Of a stretch of 22,088 nt of DNA, positions 9,688 to 17,555 are shown piece by piece. A program made the translations under genes and the position numbers. The stretch comes from Promethearchaeota archaeon (GTDB lineage Archaea; Asgardarchaeota; Lokiarchaeia; Sigyniarchaeales; SOKP01): the NCBI GenBank assembly GCA_013375475.1, contig JABXKD010000063.1, positions 1-22,088 on the forward strand, given 5' to 3'. The first letter of the stretch is position 1; each line of letters starts with the position of its first letter. Below the pieces are notes generated by a model. The model searched no databases. It had not been told where the DNA came from and saw only the letters and a list, made by a program, of their open reading frames with translations.

Positions 9688-9774
9688 ATGAGTATAAGTC
9701 GCGCTAATCCCCTCATAGAATTTGGAATCCTTGCTTATGACATTATAGTCGAAATGGGTTTATTTTGGAAATAA
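9688..9774 (+). pseudogene. Orphan coding fragment MSISRANPLIEFGILAYDIIVEMGLFWK, possibly the 3' remnant of the 8955..9575 gene
   Basis: Protein-like hydrophobic 28-aa frame starting at a CATG that mirrors the CATG at 8965-8968, where the - strand gene breaks off. Confidence 0.45.
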
Positions 9775-9816
9775 AAAAGGAAAATAAAACAGAGATTTAA
9801 GTTTTAAAAAAATCAA

Positions 9817-10914
9817 CTAAGCGCTTTGAGCGTCAGCGTTTATACTACCTGTTGATGTATCTAACGAAAATATGTATCTGTATGTCGCATTTCCGTAGTT
9901 TATGGAAGAATATATGCTTCCTAAGCCGGTTTCTATCATTCCTGTACCTGAATAATTAATTGATCCAGTACCAGTTGAGCCAATAAATCTAACACCAGTG
10001 TTGACTAAATTGTCTCTATAAATCACATTTACGCTTCCTGTGGAAGTTTCCCACGTTCCTGTTACGTTCGCACCCATAGTAATGTATTGGTAAAGTTCCG
10101 CATCAATTCTCCCAGTTGATGTCGCAAGGTTTAGATTAATGTCTTGTGAGTATATCATATTATAACTCTTAAAGGTCACAGTTCCGGTGGAAACTGTCCC
10201 AATTAAATTATCACCCATGTGACAATTTGTATAATTTAATGTCAAGGAGCCTGTGGATGTTAAAGTTCGAAATCCGCTCGAAAAATTCGTTTTGGTCGCT
10301 GAAGATTCTATACTCCCCGTGCTACTCTTGAGTCTAACTTCCCCTCGGAATTCGTTGTTACCTAATATATTCAATTTGACTGAGCCCGTAATCGAAGTTA
10401 ATGACGTTCCATTTAGGATCACACCATCGGAAACCTGCATTTCAATAGACCCTGTAGACATTAATGCTGTAAGATCGTATACTACATCTGTTCTTAAAGT
10501 AACGGTTACTGTAATGCTATAGGATTTAAACCAATGAGAGGGATCATACCAGGCATCTGGTAGAGTTCGTAGATTAAATGTAGCAGTCGAATTGTCCCAC
10601 CATTCTGTCTCTGGATTAAAGAAATCCTCATAGGTCTTTCCTTCCATAAACAAGCCCGCAATTTCTATATTTACATCTATATTTGCATAAGAGGTCGTCG
10701 GAGAAGTATTATACTTAAAAATTATTTCTCCAATGTCAGCATAGAAGGTAAGATCTTCTATAGGATCGGGAGAACTTGGTTCGTACTTAAAATTAAACGA
10801 ATTTTCGATACTCCCAGCAGCTACGAAACCGTAGATAAAAAATCCTAAACCGCCACCAACAACAAGAATCGCAACGATAAGTAAAGCTTTATTATAATTT
10901 CTCATTTTTTTCAC
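9817..10914 (-). CDS. Membrane-anchored DUF4097-like beta-strand repeat (putative adhesin) protein
   Basis: N-terminal TM/signal helix and about nine (S/T)STG(S/T/R)(I/V/L) repeats. Start is GTG 10914 or ATG 10905. Confidence 0.7.
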   Translation of the reverse strand: MKKMRNYNKALLIVAILVVGGGLGFFIYGFVAAGSIENSFNFKYEPSSPDPIEDLTFYADIGEIIFKYNTSPTTSYANIDVNIEIAGLFMEGKTYEDFFNPETEWWDNSTATFNLRTLPDAWYDPSHWFKSYSITVTVTLRTDVVYDLTALMSTGSIEMQVSDGVILNGTSLTSITGSVKLNILGNNEFRGEVRLKSSTGSIESSATKTNFSSGFRTLTSTGSLTLNYTNCHMGDNLIGTVSTGTVTFKSYNMIYSQDINLNLATSTGRIDAELYQYITMGANVTGTWETSTGSVNVIYRDNLVNTGVRFIGSTGTGSINYSGTGMIETGLGSIYSSINYGNATYRYIFSLDTSTGSINADAQSA

Positions 10915-11016
10915 ATTTGTATTTAATTAATTTAGTTGCTAAAGAATGAATGATTTTGGATCATATTTAAATGAAATTTAGACTGATTTTTATGAGTATT
11001 AACAGATTTAAAAATT

Positions 11017-11919
11017 TTAATGTTCTAAATTGAAAAATTCTATAGCATTTTCAACTGTTATTCTACTTACTTCTTGTTGAGATGTATTATGGGAATATGC
11101 TATTGCTACAATAGAATATTTTACATTTAAAGGCACGTTTACAGGTCCTCTTAGATAAGGGTGTTGGTAGTAACTATCAGTTTCCGTTACTAAAGCAGTC
11201 AACGGAGATTGTTTTGTCACTCTACGCCATTTATTAATTCCATAGGCAGAACTTGGAACCGATAAAGTGTATCCTTGTTTAGGCATACTTATTCCATACT
11301 CATCTGGACCAGAAAAACAATGCCACATAACCCTTTTAGGATTGATATTAAATTCATTAATTAGACCAAGAATTTCTTTTGTCGCTCCATCCCTCTTATT
11401 GTAGCGATGCTTTGGATTGTCTCGATCAAACTCGTGTTCAGCTGCATTCCGAACATGTAGAATATAGGGTTTATTAAATTCTATGGTAATTTCAAATACT
11501 TTCTTTAATTCTTTGACCTGTTTTTCTCGTTTCTCGAGTGTTTTAGCATGATGAAAGTCTAAACCAACTTCTCCAATAGCTAAATATAAATCTTGATTAC
11601 TTTCGATAAAATCAACCCATTTTTTCCATTCTCCGAAATACTGGTCTTTATTGGTATAGGTGACAGTTTGTGGAGCCCAACCGCATGTAAATCCGATCTT
11701 CTCTTTATCTTTAACAAACGGTAAAATTAGATCGAGAGTTCTATTATCTATCGAGCTGGTTACTAAGTAAACTCCTCCGTTACTCAAGAAATCTCGATAT
11801 TGCTGTTCATCAGAAGGTAAACGATCGTTTTTTTTCGGCCTAGGAAACGGTAAATGGCAATGAACATCGATAAATTTCAGGTTATCTTCTGGTTCTGGTA
11901 GGTTAATTTTCTTAGGCAT
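11017..11919 (-). CDS. tatD: TatD family metal-dependent nuclease/hydrolase
   Basis: IDVHCHL, AIGEVGLDF, ILHVR, MWHCFSG, LVTETDS and terminal NAIEFF. Confidence 0.9.
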   Translation of the reverse strand: MPKKINLPEPEDNLKFIDVHCHLPFPRPKKNDRLPSDEQQYRDFLSNGGVYLVTSSIDNRTLDLILPFVKDKEKIGFTCGWAPQTVTYTNKDQYFGEWKKWVDFIESNQDLYLAIGEVGLDFHHAKTLEKREKQVKELKKVFEITIEFNKPYILHVRNAAEHEFDRDNPKHRYNKRDGATKEILGLINEFNINPKRVMWHCFSGPDEYGISMPKQGYTLSVPSSAYGINKWRRVTKQSPLTALVTETDSYYQHPYLRGPVNVPLNVKYSIVAIAYSHNTSQQEVSRITVENAIEFFNLEH

Positions 11920-12018
11920 AGCGTTTCACTACAATAATATGGAATTTATTTTATGATAAAATTGTTCTAATAATTTAATCTTTGTTTTAATATTAACTGA
12001 GGTTCTATAATAAAATTT

Positions 12019-12198
12019 TTATTTCTTTCCGAACTTTTTATCTTCCCAATCTTTATAAGTGCTCATTAGTTTATCGATATCAGCTAAAAAGGTCATGTTT
12101 TGAATTTCATTTTTCTATTCCACTTGTTTTTACATGCCTTTTTTCTTTAATCCAAAGATAAAAACGAGTAAAAAAGGGGGTAATATAAATCCTAACAT
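12019..12198 (-). pseudogene. Decayed gene remnant: TM helix plus charged C-terminal tail
   Basis: One frame reads MLGFILPPFLLVFIFGLKKKGM*KQVE*KNEIQNMTFLADIDKLMSTYKDWEDKKFGKK*, with stops at 12130-12132 (TAA) and 12115-12117 (TAG). Confidence 0.45.
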
Positions 12199-12307
12199 AA
12201 TTTATAATTAATTCAAATCTGTTGATATTCTGGGATGAAACCAAGTATATCAAGATGTATAATTCTACAGGAAGGTTTATAAACCAGCTTGCAATTATTT
12301 TATGAAG

Positions 12308-12484
12308 TTACCAAATTTTTTTACTTTTCTCTAATTTTTTCTGGAAGTCGCTATATGCCTTCTTAAGTTCCTTAGGTGTTCTATTCCTACTATTGCTTTT
12401 TTTTTTGCTTTGATGATGTTCATGGTTCTTATCTTCTTTATTTTCCTTAAGATATTCTATTCTATGTTCATATTTACGACTCAT
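12308..12484 (-). CDS. Small basic/charged protein, 58 aa (absent from the ORF track)
   Basis: ATG 12484 to TAA 12308: MSRKYEHRIEYLKENKEDKNHEHHQSKKKSNSRNRTPKELKKAYSDFQKKLEKSKKIW. An AT-rich TATA-like tract lies upstream, divergent from the 12619 gene. Confidence 0.55.
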   Translation of the reverse strand: MSRKYEHRIEYLKENKEDKNHEHHQSKKKSNSRNRTPKELKKAYSDFQKKLEKSKKIW

Positions 12485-12618
12485 ATTCTTCTAAAATAGA
12501 ATAAATTATATAAATGTCTTCTAAGAGAAAATTAACTCAATAATCTATTCTTTATTTTAATGTCAATTAAGGTTCTAGAATAAAATTTTTAACAAATCTA
12601 CTGTATTAAGATGATATA

Positions 12619-13032
12619 ATGATCGAACAATTAAAATCGAAACTTCAAGAATTAGAGACAATAAAACAAGAGTTACAACCTAAAATCGACAAAATCGAGG
12701 AAAAAAAAGCGGAGGAAATCCAAGAATTAAACAAAAAATACGACCACTTGATTCAGGATGCTAATGTTGAAGTAAAGAATTTTGAACAGAAAATTATGGA
12801 TGATCTGATTGATTTATTTTCAAAGGTGATAATGGATGAATTTGAGCAGAAAAGGAGTACGAGTGAATATTCATTAACGGATAACTTCAAGGAATTTAAG
12901 GATTCTATATCTGAAATTGAATTTTTCCCTAAAGAACTAGTTGAGAGATTAGATAAAGTGATAAATGGAGATCTCATCGAAAATGTAGCTTATGATCTTG
13001 AGAAGATAAAAACTGAATATAAAAAACTTTAG
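12619..13032 (+). CDS. Hypothetical coiled-coil protein
   Basis: 137 aa, E/K/Q-rich with heptad-like N-terminal half. Confidence 0.75.
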   Translation: MIEQLKSKLQELETIKQELQPKIDKIEEKKAEEIQELNKKYDHLIQDANVEVKNFEQKIMDDLIDLFSKVIMDEFEQKRSTSEYSLTDNFKEFKDSISEIEFFPKELVERLDKVINGDLIENVAYDLEKIKTEYKKL

Positions 13033-13459
13033 TTTTCCAAAATCTTTTTGCCAATTATAGTTATAATTTCTCCGTTAATACTGACAGGACTCTTGGCTTT
13101 ACCAATTTATCTCTATGAAAAAAATATGGAAAAGATTCAAAGTAGAATTCACAAAAAACTCGCTAAATACAATCTACGACATATTACAATCCCCGAATTT
13201 GAGGATTTAGAAGAAGCTGAGCGGTAATGATATCTGGATACTAGATTATTAAATATCCGAATTCAAGTTTCTTGATATCAATACTACCATAAATATATTG
13301 ATATACTCTATGGAAATATTTGAAGAAATTACTGAAATATACAATGCAAAAATGCGTTTACTGAGCTGGTTATATGACGAAATAAAAATTCAATCTGATT
13401 CTGGCTTTTCCAAGGATTTGCTAAACGAAAAAGGTCAGAAACTACCGCTTAATCGTTAG
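13033..13459 (+). pseudogene. Coding-like remnants: TM-containing frame 13033..13227 and short ORF 13310..13459
   Basis: 13033..13227 reads FSKIFLPIIVIISPLILTGLLALPIYLYEKNMEKIQSRIHKKLAKYNLRHITIPEFEDLEEAER*, in frame with the upstream TAG. 13310..13459 reads MEIFEEITEIYNAKMRLLSWLYDEIK...PLNR*. Confidence 0.4.
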
Positions 13460-13480
13460 ATCAATCGAATTCCTAATATT

Positions 13481-14044
13481 TTAATGTGTTTTTAATATTT
13501 CTACAATAATTTTCTTAATTTTGGATGAATATTCCTCTAACTTGCCATTTTTTGGTATATGAATAAAAAGCACGGGGTATTCATTTTTTGAAATGTCTAA
13601 AGCCCAAAAGTACATAAAATTGCATAAATAGAACCCAGGAAAATAAGAAACCGCTAGCCTTATGTTAGACTTAAGAGCTTTATAAATTTCTTTTATATTT
13701 AATATAGTTTTGAGTTTTAAAGATTTATTTTTATTTATAAAACCAAATTTATATTTTCCGTCCATATCTTTACCAGAAACCCAATTCAAAGAAACTTTTT
13801 CTAAAGATATTCTTTTTTTTGAATATATCCCTAATAATATGACTAAGGATGGTTTTAATTCATTCGACTTGCAAAATTCTAAATATAAATCAATGCTCCT
13901 TTTCCAGCTAACTGGCAATATGATTTTTTCAATAGAGTACCGGTGAAGTTTATCGTCGAAATTTCTAACAATATCACTACTGAGATTTGAAGAATATTTA
14001 CCAAACTTCTCAAAACCAGTTAAAAAAATCGTATTTTTGTTCAT
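13481..14044 (-). CDS. pcp: Pyroglutamyl-peptidase I (peptidase C15)
   Basis: IFLTGFEKFG...N.S, ILPVSW, and the E-C-H triad in ISLEKVSLN, GFYLCN and FIHIP. Confidence 0.85.
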   Translation of the reverse strand: MNKNTIFLTGFEKFGKYSSNLSSDIVRNFDDKLHRYSIEKIILPVSWKRSIDLYLEFCKSNELKPSLVILLGIYSKKRISLEKVSLNWVSGKDMDGKYKFGFINKNKSLKLKTILNIKEIYKALKSNIRLAVSYFPGFYLCNFMYFWALDISKNEYPVLFIHIPKNGKLEEYSSKIKKIIVEILKTH

Positions 14045-14091
14045 TTACTCATGAAACCTAATGAAAATAATAAAAATAATATAAATAAAAA

Positions 14092-14511
14092 TTATTCGCT
14101 GACGCGTTTTTTTAATGCTTCAGCTTCTAACTTCTCTAATTTTTTTCTAAAAGCTTTAATATCTGCTTCATAAGATTTTATTTTATTTCTTTTCTCTTTA
14201 AGAATGTCATCCAGTTTCTTGTTTAAAGCTTTAGCTTTTCCCTTAATTAGATTATCTAATTTCTTCTTTAATGAAGATACTTCCACATTTAACTTATTCA
14301 TTTTCTTCGTCCAATCTTTAGACTTTTCTGTAGCTTCCTTTAAATCTACTTCTCCTACCTCGAGTTTAGACTTTGTATCGTCTATTTTATCGTCAAAATC
14401 GGCTTCGATTTCCTTTTCAGCCGAAGCTTCTTTTTTAGAAGCGTCTTCTTCGACTCTCGTAATTTCATCTTCTTTTTCCGCAATTTGGGATCTTAACTCT
14501 TGTTCTGACAT
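14092..14511 (-). CDS. Hypothetical all-coiled-coil protein
   Basis: 139 aa, very K/E-rich, no Pro; acidic N-terminal half and basic C-terminal half. Confidence 0.78.
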   Translation of the reverse strand: MSEQELRSQIAEKEDEITRVEEDASKKEASAEKEIEADFDDKIDDTKSKLEVGEVDLKEATEKSKDWTKKMNKLNVEVSSLKKKLDNLIKGKAKALNKKLDDILKEKRNKIKSYEADIKAFRKKLEKLEAEALKKRVSE

Positions 14512-14665
14512 TATTATTTCTCATTTATTATTTCTTTGTTCTATATATTTTGTTATATTCGCTACCTTAAAAATTATAAGATTGAATTCTAAATCGCTCT
14601 ACTTACAAGCAATAAAAAGAAAAAAGGAAAGTATTAAGAATACCGCAAAAATCTTAGTGTTTAAT

Positions 14666-15694
14666 TTAATCCAAAGACTCTCCAAGTGCTAATCGACACA
14701 GATCGCTAAGGATATAATTTTTCAACCCTTTTCGCTCAACCTTAGAGCCTAAGCTTTCCTTACACATAGAACAATTATACACACATGCTTCAGCGTCATG
14801 GTCTATCATATCGTTTATATTATCGTTTTGAGTTTTACGCCCCAAAGCCTTTTTATCAAGAGTTGCAAAGATTCCACCACAGCATAACGCATTTTCTCGA
14901 TCGTACTTCCTATGCACCCTAACAACACCGATTAAATTGCATATTTTATCAACCCATTCATCAACTTCAGGGATAAAACGATTTGAGCAAGATCTTTGAT
15001 AAGCTATTCTTAAATTCAAGGGTTTGATGTTGAATTCATGTTCTTTTAAATAATTGTAAAGATAGTTGTAGATATGAACGGGTTTAAAACCAGGTGGAAG
15101 TTCAATATTGTTACGTGGACAATAAGAAGCGTAAAATCCATAACATTCGTCGTGAAAGCAAATCATTTCTTTAATACCTTGAAGTTTGATATTTTCTAAT
15201 ATTATTGGAGCCCTTTCCTTAATGATAGAGTCTCTTGCGTAATGATGATACATCAAGTTACAAAAAAAGTCAAGACCACTAACATACTGCAAATTTTCAA
15301 AGAGCTGTCCTTCCATCTGTTTCGCGTTGATTTTACTTAGCCCACACTTATTTAATACGGGCTTATTAGGATCAATTTCCTTTAACCTCACTTGATCGTG
15401 TGGAGCAAATCTAGTAATTGTACTTTCAAGAATACCAGGGTTTATATTTAACGAATTGTATTTTTCTTGTAATTCTGTTATTAAATCGAATGGATGAGAC
15501 TCATATGGACAATATTCATCGCACGCAAAACAAGTAACACATTCAGATAGTACTCGAGATTCTTCCCCGTTGATCATTTTGGTTTTTTCTACTCGCGCTT
15601 CTTCAATATTACTAAATTCCATCCATTGACAACGAGTTAGACAATCCACATTTTCACATTTCTCACAATTAGAATCGTTGAAAATTTTCTTCAC
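14666..15694 (-). CDS. Fe-S binding protein with CCG domain (heterodisulfide reductase-related), paralog A
   Basis: CEKCENVDCLTRC, CVTCFACDEYCP, CFHDECY, YQRSCSNR, LCCGG, NCSMC. GTG start. Confidence 0.85.
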   Translation of the reverse strand: MKKIFNDSNCEKCENVDCLTRCQWMEFSNIEEARVEKTKMINGEESRVLSECVTCFACDEYCPYESHPFDLITELQEKYNSLNINPGILESTITRFAPHDQVRLKEIDPNKPVLNKCGLSKINAKQMEGQLFENLQYVSGLDFFCNLMYHHYARDSIIKERAPIILENIKLQGIKEMICFHDECYGFYASYCPRNNIELPPGFKPVHIYNYLYNYLKEHEFNIKPLNLRIAYQRSCSNRFIPEVDEWVDKICNLIGVVRVHRKYDRENALCCGGIFATLDKKALGRKTQNDNINDMIDHDAEACVYNCSMCKESLGSKVERKGLKNYILSDLCRLALGESLD

Positions 15695-15756
15695 CCTTGA
15701 TTAATTTAATTTGATTTGTGTATATGAATTTCTTTATGTTATTAATAATTACGATG

Positions 15757-15774
15757 AAAAAAAAAGAAAAAAAA
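15757..15774 (-). terminator. Oligo-T terminator between the tandem Fe-S paralogs
   Basis: A9-G-A8 on the + strand, i.e. T8-C-T9 on the - strand, beginning 9 nt after the stop at 15783. Confidence 0.55.
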
Positions 15775-15782
15775 GGGTAAAC

Positions 15783-16811
15783 TTAATATTCTAACTTTTC
15801 ACCTAAAGCAAGTCTCGCGAGGTCACTAATAAAATAAGATTTCAATCCCTTAGCAGTAACCTTCCGATCTAATGTGTCTTTACACATTGGACAATTGAAT
15901 ATACAGACCTCAGCACCATAGTCTACCATGTCCTGAACGTTATCATTTTGAGTTTTACGAACTAGATTTTTGTGACCCCTTGGTGCAAAAGGTGCAGCGC
16001 AACATATACCGTTTTCTCTATCAAATTTCCTAGCAACCCTTTCAACCCCGATAAGTTCGCATATGTTATCAAGAATCTCATCAGTTTCAGGTACATAACG
16101 ATTGGAGCAGTTACGCTGATAAGCGGCTTTTAAGTTTAATTTCTTGATATCAGATTCGTGATCTTTTAGATAATTATATACATACTCAAAAATATGAACG
16201 GGTTTAAAAGGCACTTCAAGGTTGTTCCTTTGACAATATGAGGTATACAATCCATAGCACTCGTCGTGCCAACATATGACCTCAGTATCCTTATTAACAC
16301 CTGTTTTTTTGAAGTTTTCAAGAATCAACGGAACTCTTTCTTTGATGATGGAAGGTTTTGCTAAGTGTTGATATACTAATTGACAAAAGTAATGTAAACC
16401 ACCAACTGATTGTAGATCATCAAACATTGGCCCTTCTATTTCTTTTGCATTCATTTTAGGGAACGCACACTTATCTAAAATTGGTCTTTCAGGATCAATC
16501 GGGCGCGGTACAAATTCACTCTTTGCTCCATACCCATCGATTGCATTTTGAGCAATTGCAGGTGATACATTTTGAGAATTGTATTTTTCCTGCAACTCAT
16601 TTATTTTGTCAAAAGGATGTGAATGATATGGACAATACTCGTCACAAGAAAAACACAGCATACAATCCTTTAATATGCGACAATCCTCATCTTCATTTAT
16701 CAATTTAGTAACTTCCATCTTAGCTTCGTTAATATTCTCAAATTTGATCCATTGACATTTCATCATACAAGCAACAGTTTCACATTCTTCACAATGCGAT
16801 TTATCAAACAT
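15783..16811 (-). CDS. Fe-S binding protein with CCG domain (heterodisulfide reductase-related), paralog B
   Basis: CEECETVACMMKC, CMLCFSCDEYCP, CWHDECY, YQRNCSNR, ICCAA, NCPMC. Colinear with 14666..15694. Confidence 0.85.
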   Translation of the reverse strand: MFDKSHCEECETVACMMKCQWIKFENINEAKMEVTKLINEDEDCRILKDCMLCFSCDEYCPYHSHPFDKINELQEKYNSQNVSPAIAQNAIDGYGAKSEFVPRPIDPERPILDKCAFPKMNAKEIEGPMFDDLQSVGGLHYFCQLVYQHLAKPSIIKERVPLILENFKKTGVNKDTEVICWHDECYGLYTSYCQRNNLEVPFKPVHIFEYVYNYLKDHESDIKKLNLKAAYQRNCSNRYVPETDEILDNICELIGVERVARKFDRENGICCAAPFAPRGHKNLVRKTQNDNVQDMVDYGAEVCIFNCPMCKDTLDRKVTAKGLKSYFISDLARLALGEKLEY

Positions 16812-16907
16812 ATTTATACAGCTTTTAATTATTTTGAATAATTATTATATATTTTTTTTATTAGTTGTAATCACACTACAACCATTATTAATTTTATTTT
16901 CTTAGTA

Positions 16908-17452
16908 TTATTCTTCAATAGTGAATTCCCAAGCGCAATAATAGTTGTCAGGATGTTGATCAGGAGGGCAACATATGCATCTAGTCTTAATTCTAGGATC
17001 TATGGTTTTAGCGAAATCTTCATATTCTATAATTCCTACGGGTTTACAAGGAAAATCCGGAAGGTTTCTTCTTTTTCTTGCATACTGCACCCGGCAATTG
17101 TTCATCCGAAACACACACCGATTCTCAGAAATCTTAATTATTTCTTGAACATTTATATTGGCATAAATTCTATATCTCAACGCTTTAATTAATCCCGAGA
17201 TTCCTCCATTTTCTGGAATGTTGAAGCGACTCATTATTCGTTTTGCTTCAATTACCGTAAACCTTTTCCACTGCGCAGCATCAAGTTCAATGGCTTTGTC
17301 CAATCCAAATTCTCTTTCAACTGCTTGAAACCAGGTTTTGGGGTTAAAGTATTTCTTTAATTCTTTCCATCAATGGCCAACCAGTTTTTAGATAAATCTT
17401 CAATGTAGTTTATTAATTCATCTCGCGTTAACTTTTCTAAGTCCTCTTTCAT
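16908..17452 (-). CDS. DUF6125 family protein (V4R-like, Cys-rich), interrupted by a 29-nt insert; 171 aa if the insert is removed
   Basis: Segment 1 (17452..17366) is MKEDLEKLTRDELINYIEDLSKNWLAIDG. Segment 2 (17336..16908) is TWFQAVEREFGLDKAIELD...CRVQYAR...PCKPVG...CICCPPD...YCAWEF. Joined they give the family motif NWLAxDGxWFQAVE. Confidence 0.82.
17336..17364 (-). other. Candidate 29-nt archaeal BHB-type intron or frame-disrupting insertion
   Basis: AGAATTAAAGAAATACTTTAACCCCAAAA (boundaries can slide within A runs). Contains the hairpin TTAAAG-AAATA-CTTTAA and an in-frame TAA. Removal restores GAT GGA ACC TGG. Confidence 0.55.
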
Positions 17453-17555
17453 AACTCGATACCTAATGTTTTAATAATTAAAATAAGACATGAAGGAAAT
17501 TTATTTCTTATCTAATCAGATTTTTCCGAATAAGGAGCTATTGCCTACTGATTTT

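Noticed and set aside
8965-9690. Recombinase-driven phase-variation switch
   Set aside because: Only a 4-bp CATG is shared at the ends and no recombinase gene is in the window. Kept only as a passive inversion hypothesis.
11370-11450. Extra segment in TatD (AEHEFDRDNPKHRYNKR) as a second intron or intein
   Set aside because: In frame, no stop, no evident BHB fold or intein motifs. More simply a surface loop.
11920-12618. CRISPR array or structured ncRNA in the longest apparent intergenic region
   Set aside because: No regularly spaced repeats or GC-rich stems. The region is largely explained by a gene remnant, a small ORF and AT-rich promoters.
7849-17192. Other overlapping ORFs (7849..8031, 8340..8738, 9211..9453, 10253..10522, 12753..12977, 13710..13946, 14204..14692, 16481..16708, 16953..17192)
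   Set aside because: Antisense or alternate-frame overlaps of stronger genes. The S/F-rich ones are mirror images of K/E-rich coiled coils.
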